Part shown: positions 19,148 through 26,551 of the stretch, piece by piece
How the letters are laid out: every line of letters starts with the position of its first letter
Position numbering within the stretch: position 1 is the stretch's first letter
Virus record (IMG/VR): IMGVR_UViG_3300026187_000002
Coordinates: 1-39,538 of that record
Source of the DNA: a virus
Taxonomy: Duplodnaviria; Caudoviricetes
Reading direction: 5' to 3' (one strand)
DNA: 39,538 nt
Position numbers and translations under genes: made by a program
The notes under the pieces: model-generated
The model's database searches: none
Told to the model about the DNA's origin: nothing
Seen by the model: only the letters and a program-made list of their open reading frames with translations

Positions 19148-19475
19148 CGCTCCTTACAGATGTTAAATGATTACCACTTCCTAGATAATAACTATGCAAC
19201 TTTTGAAACATATTGTCAATAAAATCCCGGTTGCCCATTTGATCTCTCAACTCATCAATATCGACATCTAGTAACCATACGGCTAATTTTAAAATATCTG
19301 AATCTGCCATCAACCAACGATATGCTTGACTTCTAAGTTGTGCTTTTTGATCAGCCTTATTTTGTTTCTTAGAATAATCGTGTAAAGCTCTTACAAAGAT
19401 AGCTGCGATTAGCCTCCCTTCAGGTGACGCTGCTAATTGGTTGCGTAATTGGGTTTCCCCTCCCTTAACAATCAT
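19134..19475 (-). CDS. Hypothetical phage protein
   Basis: PEGRLIAAIFVRALHD...AYRWL; AAGGA upstream. Confidence 0.65.
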   Translation of the reverse strand: MIVKGGETQLRNQLAASPEGRLIAAIFVRALHDYSKKQNKADQKAQLRSQAYRWLMADSDILKLAVWLLDVDIDELRDQMGNRDFIDNMFQKLHSYYLGSGNHLTSVRSVENE

Positions 19476-19530
19476 ACAAATCCTTAGTTGTTTGTAATCA
19501 TATTAACACAACACCTATTTATCTATGGAT

Positions 19531-19556
19531 TATAATGATGTTGTAGGCAACTACAA
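19531..19556 (+). promoter_or_regulatory. pqqA -10 box and 5' leader hairpin
   Basis: TATAAT at 19531-19536; TTGTAG-GCAA-CTACAA hairpin (GNRA loop) at 19541-19556; no consensus -35 seen. Confidence 0.55.
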
Positions 19557-19578
19557 ATCTAAAGAAGGGAGAAATATT

Positions 19579-19650
19579 ATGTGGACAAAACCATCAGCAA
19601 CTGAAATGCGTTTCGGCTTTGAAGTTACAATGTATGTATGTAACAAGTAA
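19579..19650 (+). CDS. pqqA: Pyrroloquinoline quinone precursor peptide PqqA (23 aa; not in ORF track)
   Basis: MWTKPSATEMRFGFEVTMYVCNK: W-x-K-P leader, R-x-G-F-E-V-T-M-Y core with the Glu-x3-Tyr pair; RBS GGGAGA 6 nt upstream; terminator immediately downstream. Confidence 0.95.
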   Translation: MWTKPSATEMRFGFEVTMYVCNK

Positions 19651-19651
19651 T

Positions 19652-19680
19652 AAAAAAGGGAGCTAAATGCTCCCCTTTTT
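19652..19680. terminator. Bidirectional intrinsic terminator
   Basis: AAAAAAGGGAGC-TAAAT-GCTCCCCTTTTT between convergent pqqA and the SSB-like gene. Confidence 0.85.
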
Positions 19681-19693
19681 ATAAAGACATAAA

Positions 19694-19996
19694 CTAGAAA
19701 GGAAGGTCATCTATGTCTTTACCATCATCTTGCGCCACTGGTCTACTGCGTGATGATGATTCGTCACGAGGAAAAAATACTTCAGAGTTGCCCAGGATTG
19801 TAGTCTGAACACCACCATCTCTTTCCTCTTTTGTTGTTGATTGACTGATAAAGCCATTATTACCGTATTGGTCTTTAGTGTCTGTATCTACCCATGTGGT
19901 TAGATTCATCCATTTATTACCATTTTTATCAGTAGTAACTCTGTCTTTCTCGATCTTGCTTAAATTAATTCCGATGTTAATTCCGTATCTAGGCAT
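19694..19996 (-). CDS. Single-stranded DNA-binding-like protein
   Basis: Acidic C-terminal tail ending DIDDLPF; located in the recombination operon. Confidence 0.65.
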   Translation of the reverse strand: MPRYGINIGINLSKIEKDRVTTDKNGNKWMNLTTWVDTDTKDQYGNNGFISQSTTKEERDGGVQTTILGNSEVFFPRDESSSRSRPVAQDDGKDIDDLPF

Positions 19997-20171
19997 TATA
20001 CCCTCCCTCTTTTAGTGCATTTTCTTTTGTATCAAATATTCCAATCATCTTCACACCTTCATCAGACAGAAAATGATATAGACCCCAAAATACTCCATTT
20101 TCAGCTACAAACATCAGTATTCGACCTGTAGCTTCTTCATATTGTATTCCTCTTTCTGCATCCCATTTCAT
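19989..20171 (-). CDS. Hypothetical protein
   Basis: 60 aa; AGGAG RBS; tightly packed in the operon. Confidence 0.55.
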   Translation of the reverse strand: MKWDAERGIQYEEATGRILMFVAENGVFWGLYHFLSDEGVKMIGIFDTKENALKEGGYNA

Positions 20172-20173
20172 AC

Positions 20174-20779
20174 CTACTCCTTTTTATTTATTGCTTCTTG
20201 CATATCTTCAACTTCATTAAGGAACTCTATGACTTCATCCTCTAGTTCTTTAATAATCTTATCATCTTTTTCTATCCTTTGCACATATAATCTTAAATGC
20301 TCAGGAAAGAAGGGCGAGTATGACACGAAGTCACACCAAGAACGATTCGTGCAGGCCATCTGAAAATACATCTGTTTTAACCATTTAGACGGAATCTTCT
20401 TAGTTAGTAAAATCTCAGTGTGTGTATGAGATTGGGGACACTTGATCTCGATTAGTCCGTCATCACCGACCAATCCGTCTGGCGAAGCACCTGCCATCTT
20501 AATTGTAGGATGATCTATAAATCCCACATCTTCCACACTATGATTTTCTAATATATATGCGGCCTTAGCTTCATCTTCTGTATCTATTCCATGTTGCATA
20601 GCTGCATTTATATATGTATCTGTTTTTTGGTTAGTCAAACGCTCAGTAAGAAGTTGAACTTTATAAGCCTTCCTGGTTGCAGACTCACCTGATCGACCCT
20701 TGGAGGTCACTGCATCCATCTTACTAGCAGTAACCTTCCCTAATCGAGCCTCAAACCATTCATCAGTTCTTTGCTCCAT
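20174..20779 (-). CDS. YqaJ/lambda-type recombination exonuclease
   Basis: EQRTDEWFEARLGKVTAS, GASPDGL, IEIKCP and QMYFQM motifs. Confidence 0.9.
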   Translation of the reverse strand: MEQRTDEWFEARLGKVTASKMDAVTSKGRSGESATRKAYKVQLLTERLTNQKTDTYINAAMQHGIDTEDEAKAAYILENHSVEDVGFIDHPTIKMAGASPDGLVGDDGLIEIKCPQSHTHTEILLTKKIPSKWLKQMYFQMACTNRSWCDFVSYSPFFPEHLRLYVQRIEKDDKIIKELEDEVIEFLNEVEDMQEAINKKE

Positions 20780-21080
20780 CTCTTGCCCTTTCTAATCTGT
20801 CTAAAAAATGTGGTTGATATTGCGAGAACCACCAATTTGCTGTTTCACCGTCTTTATATAACTTCCATTTACAAATTTCATCTATATGAACAACTGCACT
20901 ATGGGTATCCTCTCCCATGTTAAATGAAAAATATTGAACAATATAATATAGATCATTTATTTTACCTTCAATACAACCTTGCATTGATATTTCATCTTGC
21001 TGAGTTTTTTCCATAAACTTGTATGTATGAAAGTAGTGTCCTACTAAATCATTCCTTATTTCAAATTCTTTATTTTCCAT
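20763..21080 (-). CDS. Hypothetical protein
   Basis: 105 aa overlapping both neighbours in the operon. Confidence 0.6.
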   Translation of the reverse strand: MENKEFEIRNDLVGHYFHTYKFMEKTQQDEISMQGCIEGKINDLYYIVQYFSFNMGEDTHSAVVHIDEICKWKLYKDGETANWWFSQYQPHFLDRLERARDGAKN

Positions 21081-21591
21081 TTTCCTCTTCCCTTTTAATT
21101 ATTGCATTAACTATAGGCAATCCTTCTTTTCTAAGTCTATTATCCTTCCAACTATTAAATAAAGTTTTAACAGCGTTTACACCACCATCTTCAAAAGCAT
21201 TATTCAATTGATCTTCTACGGCAATGTTTAATGTATCTTCACCTTTGTAGATATATAAACCGATACCAAACACGGCTATACATTTTGCTAGACATCTCAT
21301 CATTGCAGTGTTGATATCCATTGCAGTTGGATTCTTAATTGCTTTGTTATTTTGGATAACAGGTAATTGCATACCCATTGTTTTACCAAAAGCATTTACC
21401 TTACAAAACACCATATATGTGTCATTGTAGATTTGTGGCTCATCAAACTCCCATGTTGCTTTTGGGTCTCTTCTTAGTAATTCTTCTACTGCAACTGTCC
21501 AGGTGAGGTAGTTAAAACGACCTTTTTTCTCGATATGTTTATCTACATTGACCTGTGATAGTGCAACAAAATCATAGATTTCTGCTGACAT
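21070..21591 (-). CDS. Single-strand annealing protein (Sak/DUF1071-like)
   Basis: KKGRFNYLTW..A and INTAMMRCLAKCIAVFGIGLYIYKGED motifs; paired with the exonuclease. Confidence 0.8.
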   Translation of the reverse strand: MSAEIYDFVALSQVNVDKHIEKKGRFNYLTWTVAVEELLRRDPKATWEFDEPQIYNDTYMVFCKVNAFGKTMGMQLPVIQNNKAIKNPTAMDINTAMMRCLAKCIAVFGIGLYIYKGEDTLNIAVEDQLNNAFEDGGVNAVKTLFNSWKDNRLRKEGLPIVNAIIKREEENGK

Positions 21592-21621
21592 AATGTTCTC
21601 CTTTTTAGTTATGTATAGATA

Positions 21622-21650
21622 AGTCTATATTAGATTATAATAATAGTCAA
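21622..21650 (-). promoter_or_regulatory. Leftward sigma70-type promoter
   Basis: Minus strand TTGACT-N17-TAGACT upstream of the SSAP gene. Confidence 0.6.
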
Positions 21651-21657
21651 TTTTTAT

Positions 21658-21702
21658 TTGACATTAAACATATTTTAATATTAGAATGAACTTATGTTTA
21701 AT
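21658..21702 (+). promoter_or_regulatory. Rightward sigma70-type promoter with overlapping inverted repeat
   Basis: TTGACA-N18-TAGAAT (21658-21687); perfect 10-bp IR ATTAAACATA (21663-21672) / TATGTTTAAT (21693-21702). Confidence 0.6.
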
Positions 21703-21715
21703 TATGGAGATAAAA

Positions 21716-21853
21716 ATGGATAGAGATAGCTGGTTACAAGATTACGATGGTTATTTAGATCAACAGTATCAAAAGCAAGATGATGAAGAGCGTGAGCAAC
21801 ATGAAGCAGATTATGCAGTTGATGAATATTTTTTAAATAAAGGAAAGAAATGA
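21716..21853 (+). CDS. Small acidic protein (45 aa; not in ORF track)
   Basis: GGAGA RBS; MDRDSWLQDYDGYLDQQYQKQDDEEREQHEADYAVDEYFLNKGKK; ATGA overlap with the next gene. Confidence 0.7.
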   Translation: MDRDSWLQDYDGYLDQQYQKQDDEEREQHEADYAVDEYFLNKGKK

Positions 21854-22041
21854 TAATTATAGATCCAAAAATAACTTTTACTGATGCACTTAATTATTTT
21901 AATGGCGATAAATTACTATTAAGAAAAGAACTAGGTGATGTCTCTAGGCAAGTAGTTTATAACTGGAAGAAGAAAGACCGTCTTCCATCAGATAAGGTGC
22001 TTATGTTACAACAATATGTAATCAAAAATGATATTTCTTGA
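21850..22041 (+). CDS. Cro-like HTH regulator
   Basis: DALNYFNG...LRKELGDVSRQVVYNW...LP pattern; position before the replication genes. Confidence 0.7.
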   Translation: MIIIDPKITFTDALNYFNGDKLLLRKELGDVSRQVVYNWKKKDRLPSDKVLMLQQYVIKNDIS

Positions 22042-22195
22042 ACGATTAACACATGAGGTTTTAGACTATGACAATTATCTGCTGCGTAGGTTCACTAGCT
22101 ATGCCATGGCAAAACAGTTTGTAGAGAATAAACCTGGATGTAAGGTCAAGAAGATTAAATTTGATTTATCACAAATGGAGGAGTGTTCATTTTGA
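22028..22195 (+). CDS. Hypothetical protein (55 aa; not in ORF track)
   Basis: MIFLERLTHEVLDYDNYLLRRF...; overlaps both neighbours. Confidence 0.5.
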   Translation: MIFLERLTHEVLDYDNYLLRRFTSYAMAKQFVENKPGCKVKKIKFDLSQMEECSF

Positions 22196-22842
22196 ATTAT
22201 TATTCACACCATATTGGTGACTTTATAAAAGACACTAATTATTTAACACATGAGCAAAGAAGCATTTATTTATCTCTTATTTGGCTATATTACGATCAAG
22301 AAAAGCCTTTAGATAAAGATCTAGATATTATTGCTATGAAAGTTAAGGCAACCAAAGATGATATTGAGTTATTGTTAAAGATTTTTTTTACTGAAGAAGA
22401 GGATTGCTATAGACATTCTCGATGCGATATTGAGTTAGAAAAGGTCTACAATAGGTCTGAAAAAGCTAGACAAAACGTGCAAAAACGTTGGGATAAAGAG
22501 AAAAAATACAAACGTAATACAAACGTAATACTACCCAATACCCAAAACCCAATACCCAAAACCCAAGTTAATAAAGAAAAATCTTATAAAGACGATCCTA
22601 AATTTATGGAGTTTTGGCATACATATGATCATAAAGTTGGTGCAGTTGAAGCCTATAAGGTATGGGTTAAGGATAAGTGTGAGAAACAGTTGGATGTTAT
22701 AAAGAAACATATTGCTTTTTATCATGCAAGTAAGAATTGGAAAGAAGGTTTTAGGAAAGATCCTAGGACTTATCTATACCAAAAGATGTATTTAGATGAT
22801 GTAACAGGATCTACGCCTAAAATTAAAGGAAGGGTTTTATGA
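22192..22842 (+). CDS. Replication initiator (YdaU/DUF1376-like, lambda O analogue)
   Basis: TTG start after GGAGGAG gives MNYYSHHIGDF; C-terminal FMEFWHTY...K.G...AYK.W domain; internal repeats. Confidence 0.8.
   Translation: MNYYSHHIGDFIKDTNYLTHEQRSIYLSLIWLYYDQEKPLDKDLDIIAMKVKATKDDIELLLKIFFTEEEDCYRHSRCDIELEKVYNRSEKARQNVQKRWDKEKKYKRNTNVILPNTQNPIPKTQVNKEKSYKDDPKFMEFWHTYDHKVGAVEAYKVWVKDKCEKQLDVIKKHIAFYHASKNWKEGFRKDPRTYLYQKMYLDDVTGSTPKIKGRVL
22471..22567 (+). repeat. Putative replication origin (iterons and 7-mer repeats)
   Basis: Tandem ATACAAACGTA x2 plus partial (22506-22531); two more AAACGT cores upstream; five tandem ACCCAA(T/A/G) heptamers (22533-22567) inside the initiator gene. Confidence 0.7.
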
Positions 22843-23756
22843 GTGAGATAACAGTTGGTGAAATGATGGATAGAATCATCATTACAAAAAAACAGATTGA
22901 TGAGGAACATGGTGAGTTAGAAATAAATGATTATAAGATTAAATCTACAGATGGTTTTTATGATCAACTAATTAAGTATTATCGAGATGAGAAAGATTCC
23001 GGGTATTCACTACCATTTGCTAAGACTGATGGTAATTTCTCTGTAAGGTTAGGTGAATTAACTATTTTTACAGGCGTATCAGGTCATGGTAAGTCAATGA
23101 TGTTGTCGCAGATTTGTTTGTATCTAATGAACTACACAAAAGTGTTAATTGCAAGTATGGAGATGAAGCCTGTATTGACATTATCAAGAATGATTACGCA
23201 AAAGCTAGGTGACCACAATCCGACAGATAAGTTTATAAAACAATTTTGCGATGAGTTTGAAAATAAGTTATATATTTATGACCAACAAGGGGTAACTGAT
23301 AGCACAGATATGTTTAGTGTGTTGATGTATGGCAAAGAAGTATTGGGAATTAATGTTTTTGTAATTGACTCATTGATGAAGATGGGCGATATATCTGAAG
23401 ACAACTATGATGCACAAAAAGTATTTACTGATAGATTAGCGGCCTATTGTCGAGACCTAAACATTCATGTGTTTTTAGTATGTCACACCCGGAAGATGTC
23501 TGATGAATACACACACCCTGATGCTACTAACATTTTGGGATCAAGTCACATTAGAAACCTTAGTGATAATATCTTGTTATGTTTTAGAAATAGGGAAATA
23601 GAAGATTTAAAGTTTGCAGGTAATTGTCCTGAGGAGCGAGAGAACGAACCCACTGCATATCTAAAAGTTCAGAAGCAAAGAAATTATCCATTTGAAGGAA
23701 CATTTTCTTTGTGGTTTCATGAGAAAAGTTTGACTTATAAGGAGAAGCCAGTATGA
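22839..23756 (+). CDS. DnaB-family (SF4) replicative helicase, no primase domain
   Basis: Walker A GVSGHGKS, SMEM, VFVIDSL, LVCHTRK, GSSHI and KQR motifs. Confidence 0.85.
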   Translation: MSEITVGEMMDRIIITKKQIDEEHGELEINDYKIKSTDGFYDQLIKYYRDEKDSGYSLPFAKTDGNFSVRLGELTIFTGVSGHGKSMMLSQICLYLMNYTKVLIASMEMKPVLTLSRMITQKLGDHNPTDKFIKQFCDEFENKLYIYDQQGVTDSTDMFSVLMYGKEVLGINVFVIDSLMKMGDISEDNYDAQKVFTDRLAAYCRDLNIHVFLVCHTRKMSDEYTHPDATNILGSSHIRNLSDNILLCFRNREIEDLKFAGNCPEERENEPTAYLKVQKQRNYPFEGTFSLWFHEKSLTYKEKPV

Positions 23757-23917
23757 TGACAGTTAAAGAGTTGCTCAGTAGGATTGAAGATGTTTTTGGT
23801 GACGTAAGTAAAATTAGGTTCATTGACAACTGTGGTAACATACAATCTTGGGAGAAACGTGATGGTAAATTTTACCTTATCAAAACACAACAGAGACATT
23901 CTGAAACAACGCATTGA
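23753..23917 (+). CDS. Hypothetical protein (54 aa; not in ORF track)
   Basis: AGGAG upstream; ATGA overlap with the helicase stop; MMTVKELLSRIEDVFG... Confidence 0.5.
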   Translation: MMTVKELLSRIEDVFGDVSKIRFIDNCGNIQSWEKRDGKFYLIKTQQRHSETTH

Positions 23918-24227
23918 TAATCTTGATGAAGACAAGATATACACTGTAGAGATTCGAGAAAGAAAGATTAAGCGATCTGTTGATCAGAACAAACGCCTTT
24001 GGAAACTATATACAGTTATTGGTGATTCACTTGGATACCAACCTGAAGAGATGCATGAATTATTAGCATTTAAATTTTTAGGTGAAGAAAAGAATATTAA
24101 CGGTGAAAAGATTTTTAAAGTGCCTTCTACATCCACATTAACCATAGATGATATGGCAGAGTATCAAAGACAAATAGAATTTTGGGCATCAACTAACTTT
24201 GGGATGCAATTTAAAGATGGTCTATAG
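23862..24227 (+). CDS. ninB: NinB-like recombination protein
   Basis: KRSVDQNKRLW and STSTLTIDDMAEY motifs; GGAG upstream of the start. Confidence 0.7.
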   Translation: MVNFTLSKHNRDILKQRIDNLDEDKIYTVEIRERKIKRSVDQNKRLWKLYTVIGDSLGYQPEEMHELLAFKFLGEEKNINGEKIFKVPSTSTLTIDDMAEYQRQIEFWASTNFGMQFKDGL

Positions 24228-24498
24228 AAATAAAAAACTACTTGTTAAACTAAGAGATCTACCTTGTATGTGGTGTGGTGCTATGGATGGAACAGTTTGT
24301 GCTGCACATCGTAACCAAGGAAAAGGAATGGGATTAAAAAACAGTGACGCATTAGTCGCTTCATTATGTTTTACCTGCCATTCAGAATTAGACAATGGTG
24401 CAAAACTAACAAAAGAAGAACGTAGAGAACTATGGAATGAGGCTTATGTTAGAACAATGCAACATCTAATTGAAAATGAAATGTTGGTTCTTAAATGA
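24217..24498 (+). CDS. Zn-binding HNH-like nuclease (YbcO/DUF968-like)
   Basis: PCMWCG...AAHRNQGKGMGLK.SD...LCFTCH motif. Confidence 0.7.
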   Translation: MVYRNKKLLVKLRDLPCMWCGAMDGTVCAAHRNQGKGMGLKNSDALVASLCFTCHSELDNGAKLTKEERRELWNEAYVRTMQHLIENEMLVLK

Positions 24499-25631
24499 GA
24501 TATTTATCAGTTTGTAGTGGTATCGAGGCGGCAACAGTAGCTTGGCATCATATGGGTTGGAAGCCTGTTGCTTTTTCAGAAATAGAAAAGTTTCCTAGTG
24601 AGGTTTTACAACATCATTACCCAAATGTAGCCAACTTAGGTGATATGAATAAATTTAAAGAATGGAGTGTAGATGGAACAGTTGACCTTATTGTCGGAGG
24701 AACACCATGCCAATCCTTCTCAGTTGCAGGCCTCAGAAAAGGACTTGAAGATCCTAGAGGAAATCTCGCACTTACCTTTTGTGCATTACTTAATAAGTTT
24801 AGACCCAAGTGGTTCGTTTGGGAAAACGTGCCAGGTGTCCTCAGTTCCAATAAAGGACGAGACTTTTCTTCCTTCATCTCAGCGGTGGCTCAACTCGGGT
24901 ATGGGTTCAGCTACAGGGTGCTTGACGCTCAAAACTTCGGAGTCGCACAGCGAAGAAGAAGAGTGTTTGTTGTCGGACATCTTGGAGACTGGAAACCTAC
25001 TGCCGAGGTATTATTTGAGTCCAGTAGCCTGCAATGGGATACTAAGAAGAGCAAAGAAAAGAGGGAAAAAACTTCCACCGACCCTATACCAAGCGTTGCT
25101 AACTGTCTCCAAACAACTTGCAACAACTTCTCAAGATCAGACGGATTCAACATGATCCCATTGTTACATCAAGATTATGTAGATGCACTTTGCGCTAGAG
25201 ATTACAAAGGATTAAATTCTGATAGTCTTCACAGAAAAGCTATTGTAGAAACATTAGCATATTCAGCAGACAAAGCACCAACCTTAACTTCTAGTGCTGC
25301 AGGTATAAGTCGAGTGGGTAATGATACTACGGCTGATAGCCAATACATTGCTTTTCATGCAACACAAGATCCTATTAGTGGTGATAAGTCACCGTGCATA
25401 GGTGCAATAGGTAAGATTGGAGTGATGGATAAATCAGATGCTATGAGGGTAAGAAGATTGACCCCTATAGAGTGTGAAAGATTACAAGGATTTCCTGACG
25501 GATACACAGACATCAAAGATAAATGTCCTGATGGTCCAAGATATAAAGCACTAGGAAACAGTATGGCAGTTCCTGTTATGAGATGGATAGGTGAACGAAT
25601 CAATAAGATTGAGCCTAAATATCAAGATTGA
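24495..25631 (+). CDS. DNA cytosine-5 methyltransferase
   Basis: Motif I (SVCSGI), IV (GGTPCQSFS), VI (ENVPG), VIII (QRRRRVF), IX (RRLTPIECERLQGFPD), X (LGNSM). Confidence 0.92.
   Translation: MRYLSVCSGIEAATVAWHHMGWKPVAFSEIEKFPSEVLQHHYPNVANLGDMNKFKEWSVDGTVDLIVGGTPCQSFSVAGLRKGLEDPRGNLALTFCALLNKFRPKWFVWENVPGVLSSNKGRDFSSFISAVAQLGYGFSYRVLDAQNFGVAQRRRRVFVVGHLGDWKPTAEVLFESSSLQWDTKKSKEKREKTSTDPIPSVANCLQTTCNNFSRSDGFNMIPLLHQDYVDALCARDYKGLNSDSLHRKAIVETLAYSADKAPTLTSSAAGISRVGNDTTADSQYIAFHATQDPISGDKSPCIGAIGKIGVMDKSDAMRVRRLTPIECERLQGFPDGYTDIKDKCPDGPRYKALGNSMAVPVMRWIGERINKIEPKYQD
24673..25155 (+). CDS. Nested alternative-frame protein within the methyltransferase (beta-polypeptide-like)
   Basis: 160 codons open in the +1 frame; GGAG 5 nt before ATG; LSDILE...YYLSP.AC.GILRRA..RGK.LP motif. 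Confidence 0.6.
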   Translation: MEQLTLLSEEHHANPSQLQASEKDLKILEEISHLPFVHYLISLDPSGSFGKTCQVSSVPIKDETFLPSSQRWLNSGMGSATGCLTLKTSESHSEEEECLLSDILETGNLLPRYYLSPVACNGILRRAKKRGKKLPPTLYQALLTVSKQLATTSQDQTDST

Positions 25632-25642
25632 GCCTAAATATC
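25605..25642 (+). repeat. Perfect 19-bp tandem repeat AAGATTGAGCCTAAATATC x2
   Basis: Read directly; spans the methyltransferase stop codon. Confidence 0.9.
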
Positions 25643-25672
25643 GAAATTTTCGCTTTTTTAAGGGGTTAAAAT

Positions 25673-25819
25673 ATGGGGAAAGGAAGTAGTAGACGAGTTG
25701 AAGATACAAAAAAAGTAGAATCAAATCCATTTTGGGAAAACACATCATTTGCAAAAAAGCAAAAGGAAAAGTATGGCAACGAGTCCAACACAACTGACAC
25801 TAAAAAAACTAAGAAGTGA
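25673..25819 (+). CDS. Small basic hypothetical protein (48 aa; not in ORF track)
   Basis: MGKGSSRRVEDTKKVESNPFWENT...; AAGGGG upstream. Confidence 0.55.
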   Translation: MGKGSSRRVEDTKKVESNPFWENTSFAKKQKEKYGNESNTTDTKKTKK

Positions 25820-26090
25820 GGGTTATACCACTGTTCAAATAGTCGAGCGATGGAATGCCTTTGCAAAGATTAGACAAGATCTATTTCAGATCATAGATGT
25901 ATTAGCCGTGAAAGATGGTGAAACAATTGGCATCCAAGTAACAAGTAAAACTAATGTCCCTGCCAGGATTAGAAAAATTGAAGAGTGCGAACACCTCAAT
26001 AATCTTCGAGATGCGTCCTGGAAGATATTAGTTCATGGATGGTATAAAGAGAATAACCGATGGAAACTTAAAGAAGTTGATGTCAGTTAG
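25773..26090 (+). CDS. PD-(D/E)xK-type nuclease (resolvase-like)
   Basis: SPTQLTLKKLR.EGY...VERWN...QDLFQIIDVLAV...IQVT pattern. Confidence 0.6.
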   Translation: MATSPTQLTLKKLRSEGYTTVQIVERWNAFAKIRQDLFQIIDVLAVKDGETIGIQVTSKTNVPARIRKIEECEHLNNLRDASWKILVHGWYKENNRWKLKEVDVS

Positions 26091-26126
26091 ATTGAGCTTA
26101 TCTATTAAGATTGAGCATTAAATATG
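26089..26126 (+). repeat. Second pair of AGATTGAGC repeats with 19-bp period
   Basis: AGATTGAGCTTATCTATTA and AGATTGAGCATTAAATATG, immediately before the RBS GGAGG. Confidence 0.75.
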
Positions 26127-26134
26127 GAGGATAT

Positions 26135-26551
26135 ATGAAAAGCAAATATGATCATAGAAATTACGTTTACAAAATAAATGGCAAAGAATATAAAAAACCT
26201 CAAGCCTTGAAAATTATTTTGGATATTTTAGGAACGACAAAAAAATCAATGGAAGAAATAGCAGAAGAAGGAAAACTTTCTTTTGATAATGTCAGAACAC
26301 TAATTCACACTTTAAAAGATAATAACCAAGTTTTAAACACGAAAGAAAGAAGAAACGGAAAATTCCTTTATAAGTCCATATATGATTGTTTATTGGCTCA
26401 GTTATTAACGCCAAAAGTTGAAGATATAGAAAAGGCGTTCAAGGTAAAAGGTAAAACTATTAAAAAGGTTGAGGACTTTAAAAATAAATCCTTAGGTTAT
26501 AAGCCAAACAATATTAATTTTGGTTCATCTCATTACGATCAACTCGGCTAA
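26135..26551 (+). CDS. Winged-HTH-like DNA-binding protein
   Basis: ATG 26135 after GGAGG; ILDIL...SMEEIAEEGKLSFDNVRTLIHTLK. Confidence 0.55.
   Translation: MKSKYDHRNYVYKINGKEYKKPQALKIILDILGTTKKSMEEIAEEGKLSFDNVRTLIHTLKDNNQVLNTKERRNGKFLYKSIYDCLLAQLLTPKVEDIEKAFKVKGKTIKKVEDFKNKSLGYKPNNINFGSSHYDQLG

Noticed and set aside
18379-20171. Remaining pqqB-E genes near pqqA
   Set aside because: No radical-SAM CxxxCxxC enzyme, metallo-beta-lactamase-fold or PqqC/PqqD-like protein among the neighbours.
25605-25642. Mini-CRISPR array
   Set aside because: Units are 19 bp, directly adjacent with no spacers, and there are no cas genes.
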